Source of the DNA: an uncultured Gemmatimonadales bacterium
Lineage (GTDB): Bacteria; Gemmatimonadota; Gemmatimonadetes; Gemmatimonadales; Gemmatimonadaceae
Assembly (NCBI GenBank): GCA_963707505.1
Contig: CAVPQB010000004.1
Span: 352,001-416,000, forward strand
Reading direction: 5' to 3'
Length of the DNA: 64,000 nucleotides
Shown here: positions 51,849-64,000 of the stretch, piece after piece
Layout: every line of letters begins with the position of its first letter
Numbering within the stretch: the first letter of the stretch is position 1
The notes under the pieces: generated by a model
Told to the model about the DNA's origin: nothing
What the model saw: only the letters and a program-made list of their open reading frames with translations
Databases searched by the model: none
Translations under genes and position numbers: made by a program

Positions 51849-53420
51849 TCAATCGCGCCCGAAACTCGCCAGCGTTTCACCCATGACATCGATCGTCGCC
51901 TTTGCGCTCCAGCGATCGCTGCCGTTGTACAGGAATGAAAACGCCAGCACCTCGCCGTTGGTTGCCGTGACGTAACCGGCGAGTGCAATCACGTCGTTCG
52001 TGGTTCCCGTCTTCGCATGCAGATTTCCCTGCGCCGGACTGCCCTTCATACGCGTGCGTTGAGTTCCGCTCTCGCCCGCAACTGGCAGCGACGCATGGAA
52101 TTCGGGGCCCCAGTTCGCGTGGTGTGCGTAATCCAGCAGCTGCACCATCGATCTCGCTGTAACACGGTCGTTCACCGACAACCCGCTCCCATCGGCGTTG
52201 TAGATCGTCGCTGTGTCAGCTCCGACGCGCGCGAAAAACTGATGCATCGCGTGGTTGCCGTTCGCAACTGTGCCCTGCATCGTGTGCTGCGGCCCGCGTG
52301 CACCGTCGCGGAACAGAAGCTCCGCGTAGTGGTTGATGCTTTCGCGATTCATCGCGCTCACCATCCGCGCGAGCGTTGGCGAGGACAGGCTTGCAACCTT
52401 TACGGCCTTCGCTGGAGTCGGCGCAAGTCGCGTCGAGCCGCCGATCGTCACTCCTGCCGCCTGCAGCGCTGCACGGAGCGCGCCGGTCGCGAACATCGCA
52501 GGATCATCGACCACGTAAGAGTAGCGGTGTGTACCGGATTGGCGGCCTATCGATCCCGTAACCGTGATCGTTCCGTCGGATTTCTTGCTCATGTGCAGGT
52601 TGGCGCCCCTGCCTCCAACCGTGCGCGCCTTGTTGACCACAGTCATCGCTGTGGTCATCGGTTCGAGCGCGACTTCGGCGTGACTGCCTGAGCCGGGCGA
52701 GACAGCGACCCACACGATGTTCTCGTTCAGCGAAAGGCCACTCACGCGTGCGGCGTAGCCTGCGCCGAGGTAGCGCGTGAGCCATCCGTCAGGGATGAGG
52801 GAATCGTCGAACGCCGTTGCGTCGCCAACCACATCGCCTGTTATGTGTTTGATTCCCGCAGCAACGACACGTTGGGCGAGCATCGCCATCGGCGCGTTGG
52901 GACCGCCGTCCATGAATCGTCCGGACAGCGATGGATCACCATCGCCACGCAGAATGATGTTGCCCTGGAGTGTGCCGTCGCTCGAAACAGGACCATCGCG
53001 TAGTACGTCCGTGCTGAACTGATACTCCGGTCCGAAACGGTCGAACGCGAGTCCCGTGGTGAAGAGCTTCATCGTTGAGGCAGGTTTCAGCTCCAGCCCG
53101 GGGTTGCGCGAAAAGAGCGTGTCACCACGCGAGACGGATGTGATCATCACGCCCCACTGTCCGCTACGCGTGCGCTCGAGGAAGATGCCGAGATCGCTGG
53201 CAAGCGCGGACGCGCTTCGCGGCGACGTGTAGTGCGCCACAGCGGCGATTGGCGAGGCCGCCTTGGGAGACCTCGATCTTGACGGCTTGCGTCTGTGGTT
53301 CTGAACTACTGCTGCTTTCTTTCGTTTCTTGCTGGTTTTCTGCGCGCTCGCCGCATTTACCGGAAGTGCGATCGCCATCGCGATCAGAACGAGCAGGATA
53401 TTTCGAGTTCTTTGCACCAA
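51849..53420 (-). CDS. dacB: D-alanyl-D-alanine carboxypeptidase/endopeptidase (PBP4, peptidase S13)
   Basis: 'PASTMK', 'GDGDPSL', 'SIN..AE', 'DGSGLS', 'AKTGT'. Confidence 0.92.
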   Translation of the reverse strand: MVQRTRNILLVLIAMAIALPVNAASAQKTSKKRKKAAVVQNHRRKPSRSRSPKAASPIAAVAHYTSPRSASALASDLGIFLERTRSGQWGVMITSVSRGDTLFSRNPGLELKPASTMKLFTTGLAFDRFGPEYQFSTDVLRDGPVSSDGTLQGNIILRGDGDPSLSGRFMDGGPNAPMAMLAQRVVAAGIKHITGDVVGDATAFDDSLIPDGWLTRYLGAGYAARVSGLSLNENIVWVAVSPGSGSHAEVALEPMTTAMTVVNKARTVGGRGANLHMSKKSDGTITVTGSIGRQSGTHRYSYVVDDPAMFATGALRAALQAAGVTIGGSTRLAPTPAKAVKVASLSSPTLARMVSAMNRESINHYAELLFRDGARGPQHTMQGTVANGNHAMHQFFARVGADTATIYNADGSGLSVNDRVTARSMVQLLDYAHHANWGPEFHASLPVAGESGTQRTRMKGSPAQGNLHAKTGTTNDVIALAGYVTATNGEVLAFSFLYNGSDRWSAKATIDVMGETLASFGRD

Positions 53421-53430
53421 AAAATAGAAG

Positions 53431-54582
53431 CTATACTTTGAGGAAAATCTTTCGTCGGTAGAGTACCGTGAGGATGCCGAACCAGAATACTACTACGCAG
53501 ATCGCGAACGCCAGCGACGCATTGCGCGGCTCGAGCCAGCTCAGGAACACCGATTCGTAGATCGCTGTCTCGAGAGAGACGATCCTGCCGCCGTATGGTA
53601 CCTGAATCAGCGTGTAGATGATCCGCGCCAACACCCCGGATCCCACGAATGCAAGGATCGGGTTCATTCCGTAGATGATGAACGGCTTGGTCCACCACCG
53701 TACTTCTTTGACGTCGACCAGCCAGATGCAACCCGCGAGCGTCACCGCCGCCATGCCGCCGGTGAAGATCACGAAGGAGCTGGTCCAGAGGCTCTTGTTG
53801 ATCGGGAAGACCCAGTTCCACATCAGTCCAACCATCATCGCAAGCGCGCCGACCACGAACATCGCGTTCAGGCGCTCGGCGATCGGCACGTCCTTTCGCG
53901 TAATCCAGCGGCCGGCGAAGACGCCCAGAATCACGGTGCCGATTGCGGGGATGGTGGACAGGATTCCTTCCGGATCCCAGGTCTTGCTACCAACCCAGAG
54001 ATGCGGCAGTCCGAGCACGGTCCGATCGAGCCAGGCCGACAGAACCGCATCCGGGCGGTTCAGCAGCAGCGCGCCGATGGCCCCGTGCTGGCCGGGCACG
54101 GGAACAAGTGTTTGCAGGAACCAGTAGCCGTACAACAGTACGGCCAGGATCACCACCTGCTGCTTGAGCGTCGTTTTCATCGTCAGCAGCGCGCCGGCAA
54201 TGTAGCAGACGCCGATTCGTGCCAGGACGCCACCGAATCGTAGCTCGGTGATCCGTGTCAGGGGATAGTACGGGAATCCCGCCATGAGCCAGCCCAGCAG
54301 CACGATGATGAGACCGCGGCGTAGGATCTGGAGAATTATGTCGCGATCGGTCGCGCCACGCGCTCGGCGCGAGCTGAGCGAGAGATGCGTGGTGACCCCG
54401 ACAATGAACAGAAAGAAGGGGAAGATGACATCGGTCGGCGTCCAACCGTTCCACGCGGCGTGCTCGAGCGGCGGGTAGATCGCGCCCCAGCTCCCCGGGT
54501 TGTTTACAAGCAGCATACCCGCGATGGTCACACCTCGAAAAACATCGAGGGACAGAAGGCGGGCGGGCGCGGCACGCTCCAT
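53431..54582 (-). CDS. HGSNAT/NagX-like (DUF5009) membrane acyltransferase
   Basis: 'RLLSLDVFRG', 'HAAWNGWTPTDVIFPFFLFIVG', 'DPEGILST', 'PINKSLWTSSF'. Confidence 0.88.
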   Translation of the reverse strand: MERAAPARLLSLDVFRGVTIAGMLLVNNPGSWGAIYPPLEHAAWNGWTPTDVIFPFFLFIVGVTTHLSLSSRRARGATDRDIILQILRRGLIIVLLGWLMAGFPYYPLTRITELRFGGVLARIGVCYIAGALLTMKTTLKQQVVILAVLLYGYWFLQTLVPVPGQHGAIGALLLNRPDAVLSAWLDRTVLGLPHLWVGSKTWDPEGILSTIPAIGTVILGVFAGRWITRKDVPIAERLNAMFVVGALAMMVGLMWNWVFPINKSLWTSSFVIFTGGMAAVTLAGCIWLVDVKEVRWWTKPFIIYGMNPILAFVGSGVLARIIYTLIQVPYGGRIVSLETAIYESVFLSWLEPRNASLAFAICVVVFWFGILTVLYRRKIFLKV

Positions 54583-54675
54583 GATACAAATATACGAGGC
54601 GGCGCCGATTGTCGTTTATACGGATTTGAGCCAATATTACCTGTCGGCGTTCCCTACTTTCGCACAGGAGAATGC

Positions 54676-55179
54676 ATGCCCGTTCGTGAACACAACACGA
54701 TTCGTGAAGGGATTTATGCAGGTGTGTTGAGCGCGACAGTGATCGCGGTCTGGCTACTGATCGTCGATACGATCGAACACCATCCGTTCTTCACCCCCGA
54801 CGTTCTGGGCACAGGGCTGCTTCGGTTCCTCGGCGCGCCGCACATGAGCGATACGATGGCGCTGCACGTCACGATCTACACGATATTCCACTACGTCGCG
54901 TTCGCAATAATCGGAATCATCGTCGCCTGGACGGTGCACCAGGCGCGCCGCACACCGGCGATTCTCGCCGGATTTCTTATAACGTTCGTGATAGTGGAAG
55001 GCGGCTTCTACGGACTGGCCGCGCTATTGAGCGTGACAACCGCGCTGGGCGGCATTGCGTGGTATCAGATCATGGTCGCGAATCTGCTCGCGTCGATCGT
55101 CATGTTCACTTTCATGTGGGTGCGTCACCCTGATCTCAAGGGACACTTCGCCGAGGCGCTCGACGGAACTGACGCGTGA
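54676..55179 (+). CDS. hypothetical membrane protein (about 4 TM)
   Basis: AGGAG RBS, hydrophobic helices, fills the gap between flanking genes. Confidence 0.7.
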   Translation: MPVREHNTIREGIYAGVLSATVIAVWLLIVDTIEHHPFFTPDVLGTGLLRFLGAPHMSDTMALHVTIYTIFHYVAFAIIGIIVAWTVHQARRTPAILAGFLITFVIVEGGFYGLAALLSVTTALGGIAWYQIMVANLLASIVMFTFMWVRHPDLKGHFAEALDGTDA

Positions 55180-55181
55180 CG

Positions 55182-56040
55182 TCAGCGGACTGGGTCAGCT
55201 TCGGCGACCCAGTCCACCTGCGCCGCGGCAAGGCTGTCCTCGCCGCGAGCGACCCACTTGAAGAAGACGAACGTCATCAGCCCGTAGAATACAAAGCTGC
55301 CGGGCATCCACATGATCAGCCCGCCAGCCTGCTGATCCATCATCGGCGTGATGTGCCACAGACGTGGCGCGGCCGCGTACGCCGGATATAGCACGTGATC
55401 GGCCATCGTGATGTAGATCGCGACGACCGACATCGGGAGCGTCGTCAGGAAGCAGTACAGCAGCTGTCCGGGATACGATAGCCGCGGCAGCTCGGGCATC
55501 GGGCTGAGAAATGGCCACCACATCAGTACTGCGGCAGCGATGAACATGAGGTGCTCGACCGATGTGGATGTTGTGATTCGCCATCGCCGCATTGTAAAAC
55601 ACCGGCAGATGCCAGCCGATGATCACGAGATTGAAAATCACGTAGCACGATACCGGGCGCGTGACGAATTTCGCGACGGCACGCACTGCTCTCGGCTTGA
55701 TCAGCGGACGAAGCATCCATCCGGGCGTTCCGGCGATCAGCAGCGGCGGAAGCAACAGTGTGAGCAGCAGGTGCTGCACCATGTGGGCGCTGAACAGGTA
55801 GTAGTCGCTCAGATCGTGCAGCGGACCGTTCAGCGAGGCGAACATCACGAACAGGCCGGCGAAGAACGTGAGCTTCTGTCTGCCCGTCGGTGTGCCCGGC
55901 TCGGGGGCGCGCGATGCGCGCCAGAGATACAGTGCGGCGAGAGCCGCGATGCCGATTACCGTGCTCCAGTGAACCGACCAGCCCGTCCACCCGACCTGCG
56001 CGACCGGGTGGAGGGCCAACAACAACAGCAGGTTATCCAC
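55182..56040 (-). CDS. ctaG: caa3-type cytochrome c oxidase assembly factor CtaG; frameshift near 55560
   Basis: 'SDYYLFSAHMVQHLLL', 'WHLP.FY', 'EHLMF', 'DQQAGGLIMWMPG'. Confidence 0.85.
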
Positions 56041-56393
56041 CGTGTCCTAGATGCAGGTGTCCAAAGAGAAACAGAAGTGCCATGAGCGTGCAACACGCAA
56101 TTATCAACGGACCCGTGAACAGAACTCGGAACAGCTTGGAATCGTAACGAAGATGCATGTAGAAGAGCACGACTATCACGAACTTCACCGCGCTCAGGGT
56201 CAGCAGCGTGGGGAGAAACAGTCGTCGATGCAACGAAGGAAGGAATGTAGTAAACCCAGACCTCGCCGACCGTGATGAGGGTCAGGATGACCGCGACCTT
56301 CCAGTAAATCGACCAGCCTGGACCCGTGTGCTCATGGCCCGCGGCAGCTTCCTGGGCGGGTGTCAGAGCGGAATGGCCTTGTGAGTGATCCAT
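56033..56393 (-). CDS. cytochrome c oxidase subunit IV; frameshift near 56225
   Basis: 'YWKVAVILTLITVGEV', 'KFVIVVLFYMHLRYD'. Confidence 0.8.
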
Positions 56394-56398
56394 CTGAT

Positions 56399-57078
56399 TT
56401 ACCGGATGAGATAGACGAGTGTGAAGATCGCGATCCAGATGACGTCGACGAAGTGCCAGTACAGTGCCATGATGTCGACGCTGAGCGCGTCCGACGGACC
56501 GAGGCCGCGCTTGAAGTCGATGAACAGCATCGACAGGATCCAGATCACGCCGGCGGTGACGTGCGCGCCGTGGAATCCGGTGAGCGTGAAGAACGTGGAC
56601 CCGAACAGGTTCGTCTTGATCGTGAGTCCTTCGTTGACGAACGACGTGAACTCATACGCCTGGCATCCAAGGAAGTCGAGTCCGAGCGAGCGCCGTCATG
56701 AAGAGCCACAGCTTGGAATTGCCGAGGATTCGCTCGCCGAGCTTGTGCTGCGGCTTGCCCTTGTTCTCGACCGCGGAAAGCGCGAGCACCATCGCAAGCG
56801 ACGACATGAGGAGAACGAATGTCGAGGCCGATGTGACCGGGATGTTCAGAATCGCTTGATAGACATGTGCCCGTGGATGGGTCTGTCCACGGGGTCGTGC
56901 GGGATACGGCCCGACGACACTCCGATCCTTGTAGATCAGGTATGTCGAGATGAGCGAGACGAAGAGCATGCACTCCGAGCCGATGAAGGCCCAGATCGCG
57001 ATCTTCCGGTTTTCGAGGCCAGTGCTCGAATAGTGAGTGCGACGCGGGCGCGGGTGTGCAGTAGCGGTATGCTGACAT
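56399..57078 (-). CDS. cytochrome c oxidase subunit III; several frameshifts
   Basis: 'TGLENRKIAIWAFIGSE', 'STFVLLMSSLAM', 'FFTLTGFHGAHV', 'LYWHFVDVIW' spread across frames. Confidence 0.85.
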
Positions 57079-57081
57079 GGT

Positions 57082-58967
<1,886 letters not shown>

Positions 58968-58979
58968 TTGTCTTCGCGC

Positions 58980-60298
58980 CTACTTGAGTGCTTGGAGGTA
59001 TGCCACGAGATCAGCAACCTGCTGGTCGGACAGCCCTGACGGAGTTGTTGCCTTCGTCTGCGGGTCGTACTGACCCTTGCCGAGCGTCGGCATCAGAACG
59101 CCGGACTTCATCAAACGCGCGTTCTTGATCCAACGGGAAAGATGCGGCTTGTCGTTGACGTACATGCCAGCCGCGATCGCGATGCGCGATCCGACGTGCG
59201 TGAGGTTCGGTCCGATCGTGCCGACCGCGAGCGGGTTCCCGCGATACCGAGTGACACGCGTTGCATGTACCTGCGCCGACGAACAGCTTCTCGCCCGCCG
59301 CGGGATCGCCCTGCAGCTTGTCGTCGAACTTGACTGCGTCGGGGAAAGGCGTGTGCGGAATTGCGTAATCCGGTACCTGGGCGCGCGGCAGGATGTAAGC
59401 AGCAAGCTGTGCCGGTGTCGCTGTCGGCGGTGCTGGTGTAGCCGCGTGTAGCCGGTGCGTTGGTAGACCCAGCGGTAGTCGTGGCAGCCGTACTCGTAGC
59501 GGCGGCAACGGCCGCTGGCGCTCGCGGGAGTTGCGGCGCCGCCGGCGCCGGCGGTGGGCTGAAGAAGCCGGGCGCCTGTTGCCGCGTGACCCAGCTCGCG
59601 AACTGATCCGGATTCACAGTCACCACACGGAAGTGCATCTCACCGTGCGAGTCACCGCAGTACTCGGTACAGAAGCCATTCCACACCGTCGTCGCCATGT
59701 TGGTGTCGGGTGTGAACCAGATATGGTTGGTGTGATTCGGGATCGCGTCACGCTTGCCTGCCAGCTGCGGCACCCAGAACGAGTGAATGACATCCTGCGA
59801 GTGGAGCACGAGATCGACCGTGCGTCCCTTCGGGATGTAGATCTCGTTCGCCGTAGTGAACTTGTACTGCGGGTAGCGGAATTCCCACCACCATTGGTGA
59901 CCGTAAACCTCGATCACCAGCGAATTTGCCGGCGCGGGTGCTTGCGTCTGAAAGATGGTCCGGACCGTCGGCACCGCGATGAACACGAGAATCGCCGCCG
60001 GAATGAGAGTCCAGGTAATCTCCAGCAACACGTGGCCGTGTGTCTGCGGCGGAGTCACATCCTCGCTGCGCCGGCGGTAGCGGATGACCACGTAGAGCAG
60101 CGCCCCCTCGACGAGAACGAATACGATCGTTCCGAAGAACATGAGGCGATCCCACAGGAAGTCGATCGAGCGACCGAGATCCGAGTGAGGTGTGAACGTC
60201 GTGTTGGGGTAGCTTTGAGCGCAGGCCGCGAGCGCCAACGCGAGCACCGCTGCCACGCCGAGCGGGGCGAGCCGGCGCAGGCGATGAGAGCCTATCAT
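58980..60298 (-). CDS. ctaC: cytochrome c oxidase subunit II with C-terminal cytochrome c domain; frameshifts 59240-59450
   Basis: Lipobox 'LAAC', 'GHQWWW', CuA ligands 'HSFW...CTEYCGDSHGEM', heme c 'CNACH', 'GPNLT', 'MP'. Confidence 0.9.
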
Positions 60299-60410
60299 GA
60301 TAGTGGGTTGAGGGTGGATCTGTTCAGCAGTGGTAAGATAGGGAGTATTGCCGGGGTGGGCTACCCGCGGAGCCTCTCAAAAATTGTCAAACACGGCTTG
60401 AGGACCTTGA

Positions 60411-60465
60411 ACGCGCCTTCTACGCGCCGTCTACGCGCCTTCAGCGCGCTTTCAGCGCGCCTTGG
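60411..60465. repeat. tandem repeat, 5 x 11 bp
   Basis: ACGCGCCTTCT / ACGCGCCGTCT / ACGCGCCTTCA / GCGCGCTTTCA / GCGCGCCTTGG. Confidence 0.85.
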
Positions 60466-61886
60466 GTTTCGTCATCGCTTCCGGATTGAGCAACTGGTCC
60501 AGCTCCTCGCGCGTCATCAGTCCGCGCTCCAGCACCAGCTCGAAGACGCCACGCCCGGACTGCAGCGCGACGCGCGCGATGTCGGTCGCAGCCTCGTAGC
60601 CAATGACCGGTACCAGCGCAGTGACAATGCCGATCGAGTGTTCAACAAAGTGGCGCATGCGCTCGGGGTTTGCTGTGACGCCTGTCACACATCGCGTGCG
60701 CAATACGTCGCATGCATTGCGCAGCATCGACATGCCGCGCAGCAGTCGATAGGCTATCATCGGCTCGAAAACGTTCAGCTGAAGCTGACCGGCTTCTGCC
60801 GCCATGGTCACCGTCACGTCGCCCCCGATCACGTCGAAGCAGACCTGATTCACCACTTCAGGAATCACGGGGTTGACCTTGCCAGGCATGATCGACGATC
60901 CCGGCTGCATGGGTGGGAGATTGATTTCACCGAATCCGGCACGTGGTCCGGATGACAGCAGTCTGAGATCGTTGCAGATTTTGGAAAGCTTTACGGCGCA
61001 ACGCTTTAGCACACCGGACAGTTGAACGAAAACACCTGTATCGGCCGTTGCTTCGACTAGATCGGGCGCGGTTATCAACGTCAGCCCTGTGACCCTCGAC
61101 AGCTCCCGTCGAACCGACTCCGCGTAGCCCTCAGGCGCGTTTATCCCGGTGCCAATGGCCGTCGCGCCCATGTTGATCTCGCAGAATCAGCTTCTGGGCC
61201 TCGCCCAGGCGGTCGACGTCTTCGAGGATGGTATGAGCGAAGGCGCTGAACTCCTGGCCGAGCGTCATGGGCACTGCGTCCTGGAGCTGCGTGCGGCCCA
61301 TCTTGATGAAAGAACTGAACTCCTCGCCTTTTACGAGAAATGCGCCCGCGAGCGCGCCCATCGCCGTCTGCAGCTCGGTGATGCTCGCGTGCAGCGCCAG
61401 CTTGACCGCGGTCGGATATACGTCGTTGGTCGACTGGCTCAGATTGACGTGGTTGTTCGGATGAATCACGTCGTACGAGCCGCGCGGAAGACCGAGTGAC
61501 TCCAGCGCGAGATTGGCGATCACCTCGTTCGCGTTCATGTTGGTCGAGGTTCCGGCGCCCCCCTGGATCATGTCCACCGGGAACTGGTCGCCGTGCTCAC
61601 CGCGCCGCAGAGTCTCCGCGGCGCCGACTATGGCACGCGCAATTTTCGCGTCCAGCAGGCCGAGCTCCTCATTCGCGAGCGCCGCGGCCTCCTTGACCGA
61701 GGCGAGCGCCGCCACGAGGGTCGGAAACTGGCCGACGTAGGTACCGGAAATCGGGAAATTCTCCAGTGCACGGAGCGTCTGCACGCCGTACAGGGCGTCT
61801 GCTGGTACGCTGCGCTCGCCGAGTAGATCGTGCTCGATCCGGCTCGACTGATTCGATGACGTGGGGTGTGTGGGTGTTTGCGGCAT
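60452..61886 (-). CDS. aspA: aspartate ammonia-lyase; frameshift near 61180
   Basis: 'RIEHDLLG', 'QGGAGTSTNMNANEV', 'SQSTNDVYPT', 'GRTQLQDAVP', 'GSSIMPGKVNPVIPE'. Confidence 0.92.
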
Positions 61887-61965
61887 CGCCAAAAGCTACG
61901 CACACGCGACCATTTTCGGGACTTCTGCCGGCTACGGGGCTATGCAGCACCCTTATTTTGAGTGC

Positions 61966-64000
61966 ATGGAATCAGTCGATCGCCAATCCGAAACCGTTCC
62001 GCCTTACGATCCAGGCGCGATAGAGGCCAAATGGCGCGCGCGCTGGGCCGCGCGCGGCACCAATGTCGCCAACATACGTGGCGCCGAGCGTCCGTACTAC
62101 GCGTTGATGATGTTTCCATATCCGTCAGCAGAAGGGTTGCATGTCGGAAACATGTTCGCGTTCACGGGCAATGACATTTTTGCACGTTACCAGCGGATGC
62201 AGGGACTCGACGTGTTCGAGCCGCTGGGCTACGACGCGTTCGGAATCCATTCCGAGAACTACGCGCTCAAGGTCGGCGTGCATCCGGCTGAGATGATTCC
62301 GCGCAACATCGCCAACTTCCGGCGCCAGCTGGAGAACGGCGGCTTGATGGTGGACTGGACTCGGTCGCTGTCGACCACCGATCCGGAATATTATCGCTGG
62401 ACGCAGTGGGTATTTCTTCAGCTTTACAAGCAGGGGCTTGTATACAGGAAGGCCGCTGCAGTGAACTGGTGCCCGACCGACAAGACCGTGCTCGCCAACG
62501 AGCAGGTCATCGCGGGCGAGTGCGAGCGTTGCGGCAGCAAGGTCGAGCAGCGCTTTCTGGAGCAGTGGTTCTTCGCGATCTCGCGTTATGCGGATCGCCT
62601 GCTCAAGAATCTCGACAATCTCGACTGGTCCGAGACAACGAAGACAGCGCAACGCAACTGGATCGGCAAATCCGAAGGGGCGGAGATCTGGTTCGATGGA
62701 ATCAAGGTCTTCACGACGCGCCCCGACACGATATACGGTGCGACCTACGTCGTGCTCGCGCCGGAGCACCCGCTGGTCGATGCGCACACCACCGATGCGC
62801 AGCGCGCTGCAGTCGATGAGTATCGAGAGCGTGCATCGCGTCGCGATCTCGTTTCGCGCAAGACGACCAGGGACAAGACGGGCGTCGCGACCGGGAGCAC
62901 CGTTACGAATCCCGCAACGGGTGAGCAGATCCCTGTGTGGATTTCGGATTACGTGCTGATGGAGTATGGCACCGGCGCAATAATGGCTGTGCCTGCACAC
63001 GACGAGCGGGATCTGGAATTTGCGCACGGATTCGAGCTCCCGGTGAAGACAGTCGTGCACGAAGATGAAACGCTGATCGATTCTGGCGAGTTCAGCGGCA
63101 TGACGGTGCACGCGGCGAAACACGCGATCGTCAAATCGCTCGAGGCCAGAGGCAAGGCCACGCCCGTTACGAATTACCGGCTGCATGACTGGTGCATCTC
63201 GCGGCAACGTTACTGGGGTCCGCCGATTCCGATCATCTACTGCGACGAGTGCGGCGTGGTGCCGGTTCCGGAGAAGGATCTCCCGGTGCTGCTACCGATG
63301 ATCGACGACTTCAAGCCGGACGACTCGGGCATCTCGCCACTCGCCCGTCACGACGAGTGGTATCGCGTGCCGTGTCCGACCTGCGGAAAGATCGCGCGTC
63401 GTGAGACCGATGTATCCGACACGTTCCTCGACAGCGCCTGGTACTTCCTGCGCTATCCGAGCGTTGGCGATGATAGCCAACCATTCGATCCTGCGATCAC
63501 GCGCAAGTGGCTGCCGGTCGATTCGTACATCGGTGGAAACGAGCACGCTGTGCTGCACCTGTTGTATTCCCGCTTCGTGACGATGGTGCTGCACGATGCC
63601 GGCTTGCTCGACTTCGAGGAGCCGTTCACCAAGTTCCGCGCGCACGGTCTCATCATTCGCGAAGGCGCGAAGATGTCCAAGAGCAAGGGCAATGTGGTGA
63701 ATCCGGACGAGTACATCGACACGTGGGGTGCTGACGCGTTTCGTACCTACCTCATGTTTCTCGGGCCGTTTGAAGAGGGCGGGGACTTCCGAGATAAGGG
63801 AATCTCCGGCGTGCGCCGTTTTCTCGATCGTCTCTGGGTTTCGGTGCGCGACGGCACGGCTGACGGAACTCCGGACCCGGAAGTCGAGCGCAAGTTGCAC
63901 GCTACAATCAAAAAGGTCGGCGAGGACATTCCGCGCTTGAGCTACAACACGGCTGTGGCCGCGATGATGGAGTACATGAACGTGCTCCGCAAATCCGATC
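61966..64000 (+). CDS. leuS: leucine--tRNA ligase (3' end outside window)
   Basis: Translated by hand: 'MFPYPSAEGLHVGN', 'FTTRPDT', 'YGTGAIMAVPAHDERD', 'DWCISRQRYWG', 'KMSKS' in frame; missing from the ORF track because it has no stop in the window. Confidence 0.95.
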   Translation, partial: MESVDRQSETVPPYDPGAIEAKWRARWAARGTNVANIRGAERPYYALMMFPYPSAEGLHVGNMFAFTGNDIFARYQRMQGLDVFEPLGYDAFGIHSENYALKVGVHPAEMIPRNIANFRRQLENGGLMVDWTRSLSTTDPEYYRWTQWVFLQLYKQGLVYRKAAAVNWCPTDKTVLANEQVIAGECERCGSKVEQRFLEQWFFAISRYADRLLKNLDNLDWSETTKTAQRNWIGKSEGAEIWFDGIKVFTTRPDTIYGATYVVLAPEHPLVDAHTTDAQRAAVDEYRERASRRDLVSRKTTRDKTGVATGSTVTNPATGEQIPVWISDYVLMEYGTGAIMAVPAHDERDLEFAHGFELPVKTVVHEDETLIDSGEFSGMTVHAAKHAIVKSLEARGKATPVTNYRLHDWCISRQRYWGPPIPIIYCDECGVVPVPEKDLPVLLPMIDDFKPDDSGISPLARHDEWYRVPCPTCGKIARRETDVSDTFLDSAWYFLRYPSVGDDSQPFDPAITRKWLPVDSYIGGNEHAVLHLLYSRFVTMVLHDAGLLDFEEPFTKFRAHGLIIREGAKMSKSKGNVVNPDEYIDTWGADAFRTYLMFLGPFEEGGDFRDKGISGVRRFLDRLWVSVRDGTADGTPDPEVERKLHATIKKVGEDIPRLSYNTAVAAMMEYMNVLRKSD

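Noticed and set aside
60375..60395. FNR/Rex-like site upstream of the cox operon (TTGACAATTTTTGAGA)
   Set aside because: Not a proper palindrome for either consensus; it may only be an AT-rich promoter element.
60411..60465. Possible CRISPR array
   Set aside because: The units are 11 bp and contiguous with no spacers, and there are no cas genes.

Overview
A GC-rich bacterial chromosomal segment made up mostly of housekeeping genes; the gene content and protein style suggest Gemmatimonadota (inference only). From left to right it holds nadB(end)-nadA-nadC, DUF488, a VirJ/AcvB hydrolase, aroH, an acyl-CoA dehydrogenase, YyaL, an M20 peptidase, a LytS/LytTR pair flanked by a secreted protein and cupredoxin/DUF2231 genes, tamB/tamA, an atypical rho, a polysaccharide deacetylase, PBP1A, a TonB-receptor-like gene and DUF1501/DUF1800. 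It continues with lpdA-LOG-sucB, a Zn-dependent dehydrogenase, vapBC, an amidohydrolase, uvrA2, gyrA, a GGDEF protein, a saccharopine/lysine dehydrogenase, dacB, a caa3-type cytochrome c oxidase operon, aspA and leuS (runs off the end). About 15 genes carry single-base frameshifts, probably long-read assembly errors. I saw no rRNA, tRNA, CRISPR, transposase or phage genes. The best candidates for novelty are: (1) a promoter / leader ORF / alternative-hairpin / terminator attenuator ahead of the saccharopine/lysine dehydrogenase gene (50322-50530); (2) a Rho with a long disordered, Q/N-rich N-terminus; (3) a self-contained LytTR regulon marked by 21-bp-period repeats; (4) pervasive leaderless-mRNA architecture; (5) an 11-bp tandem array upstream of the cox operon.
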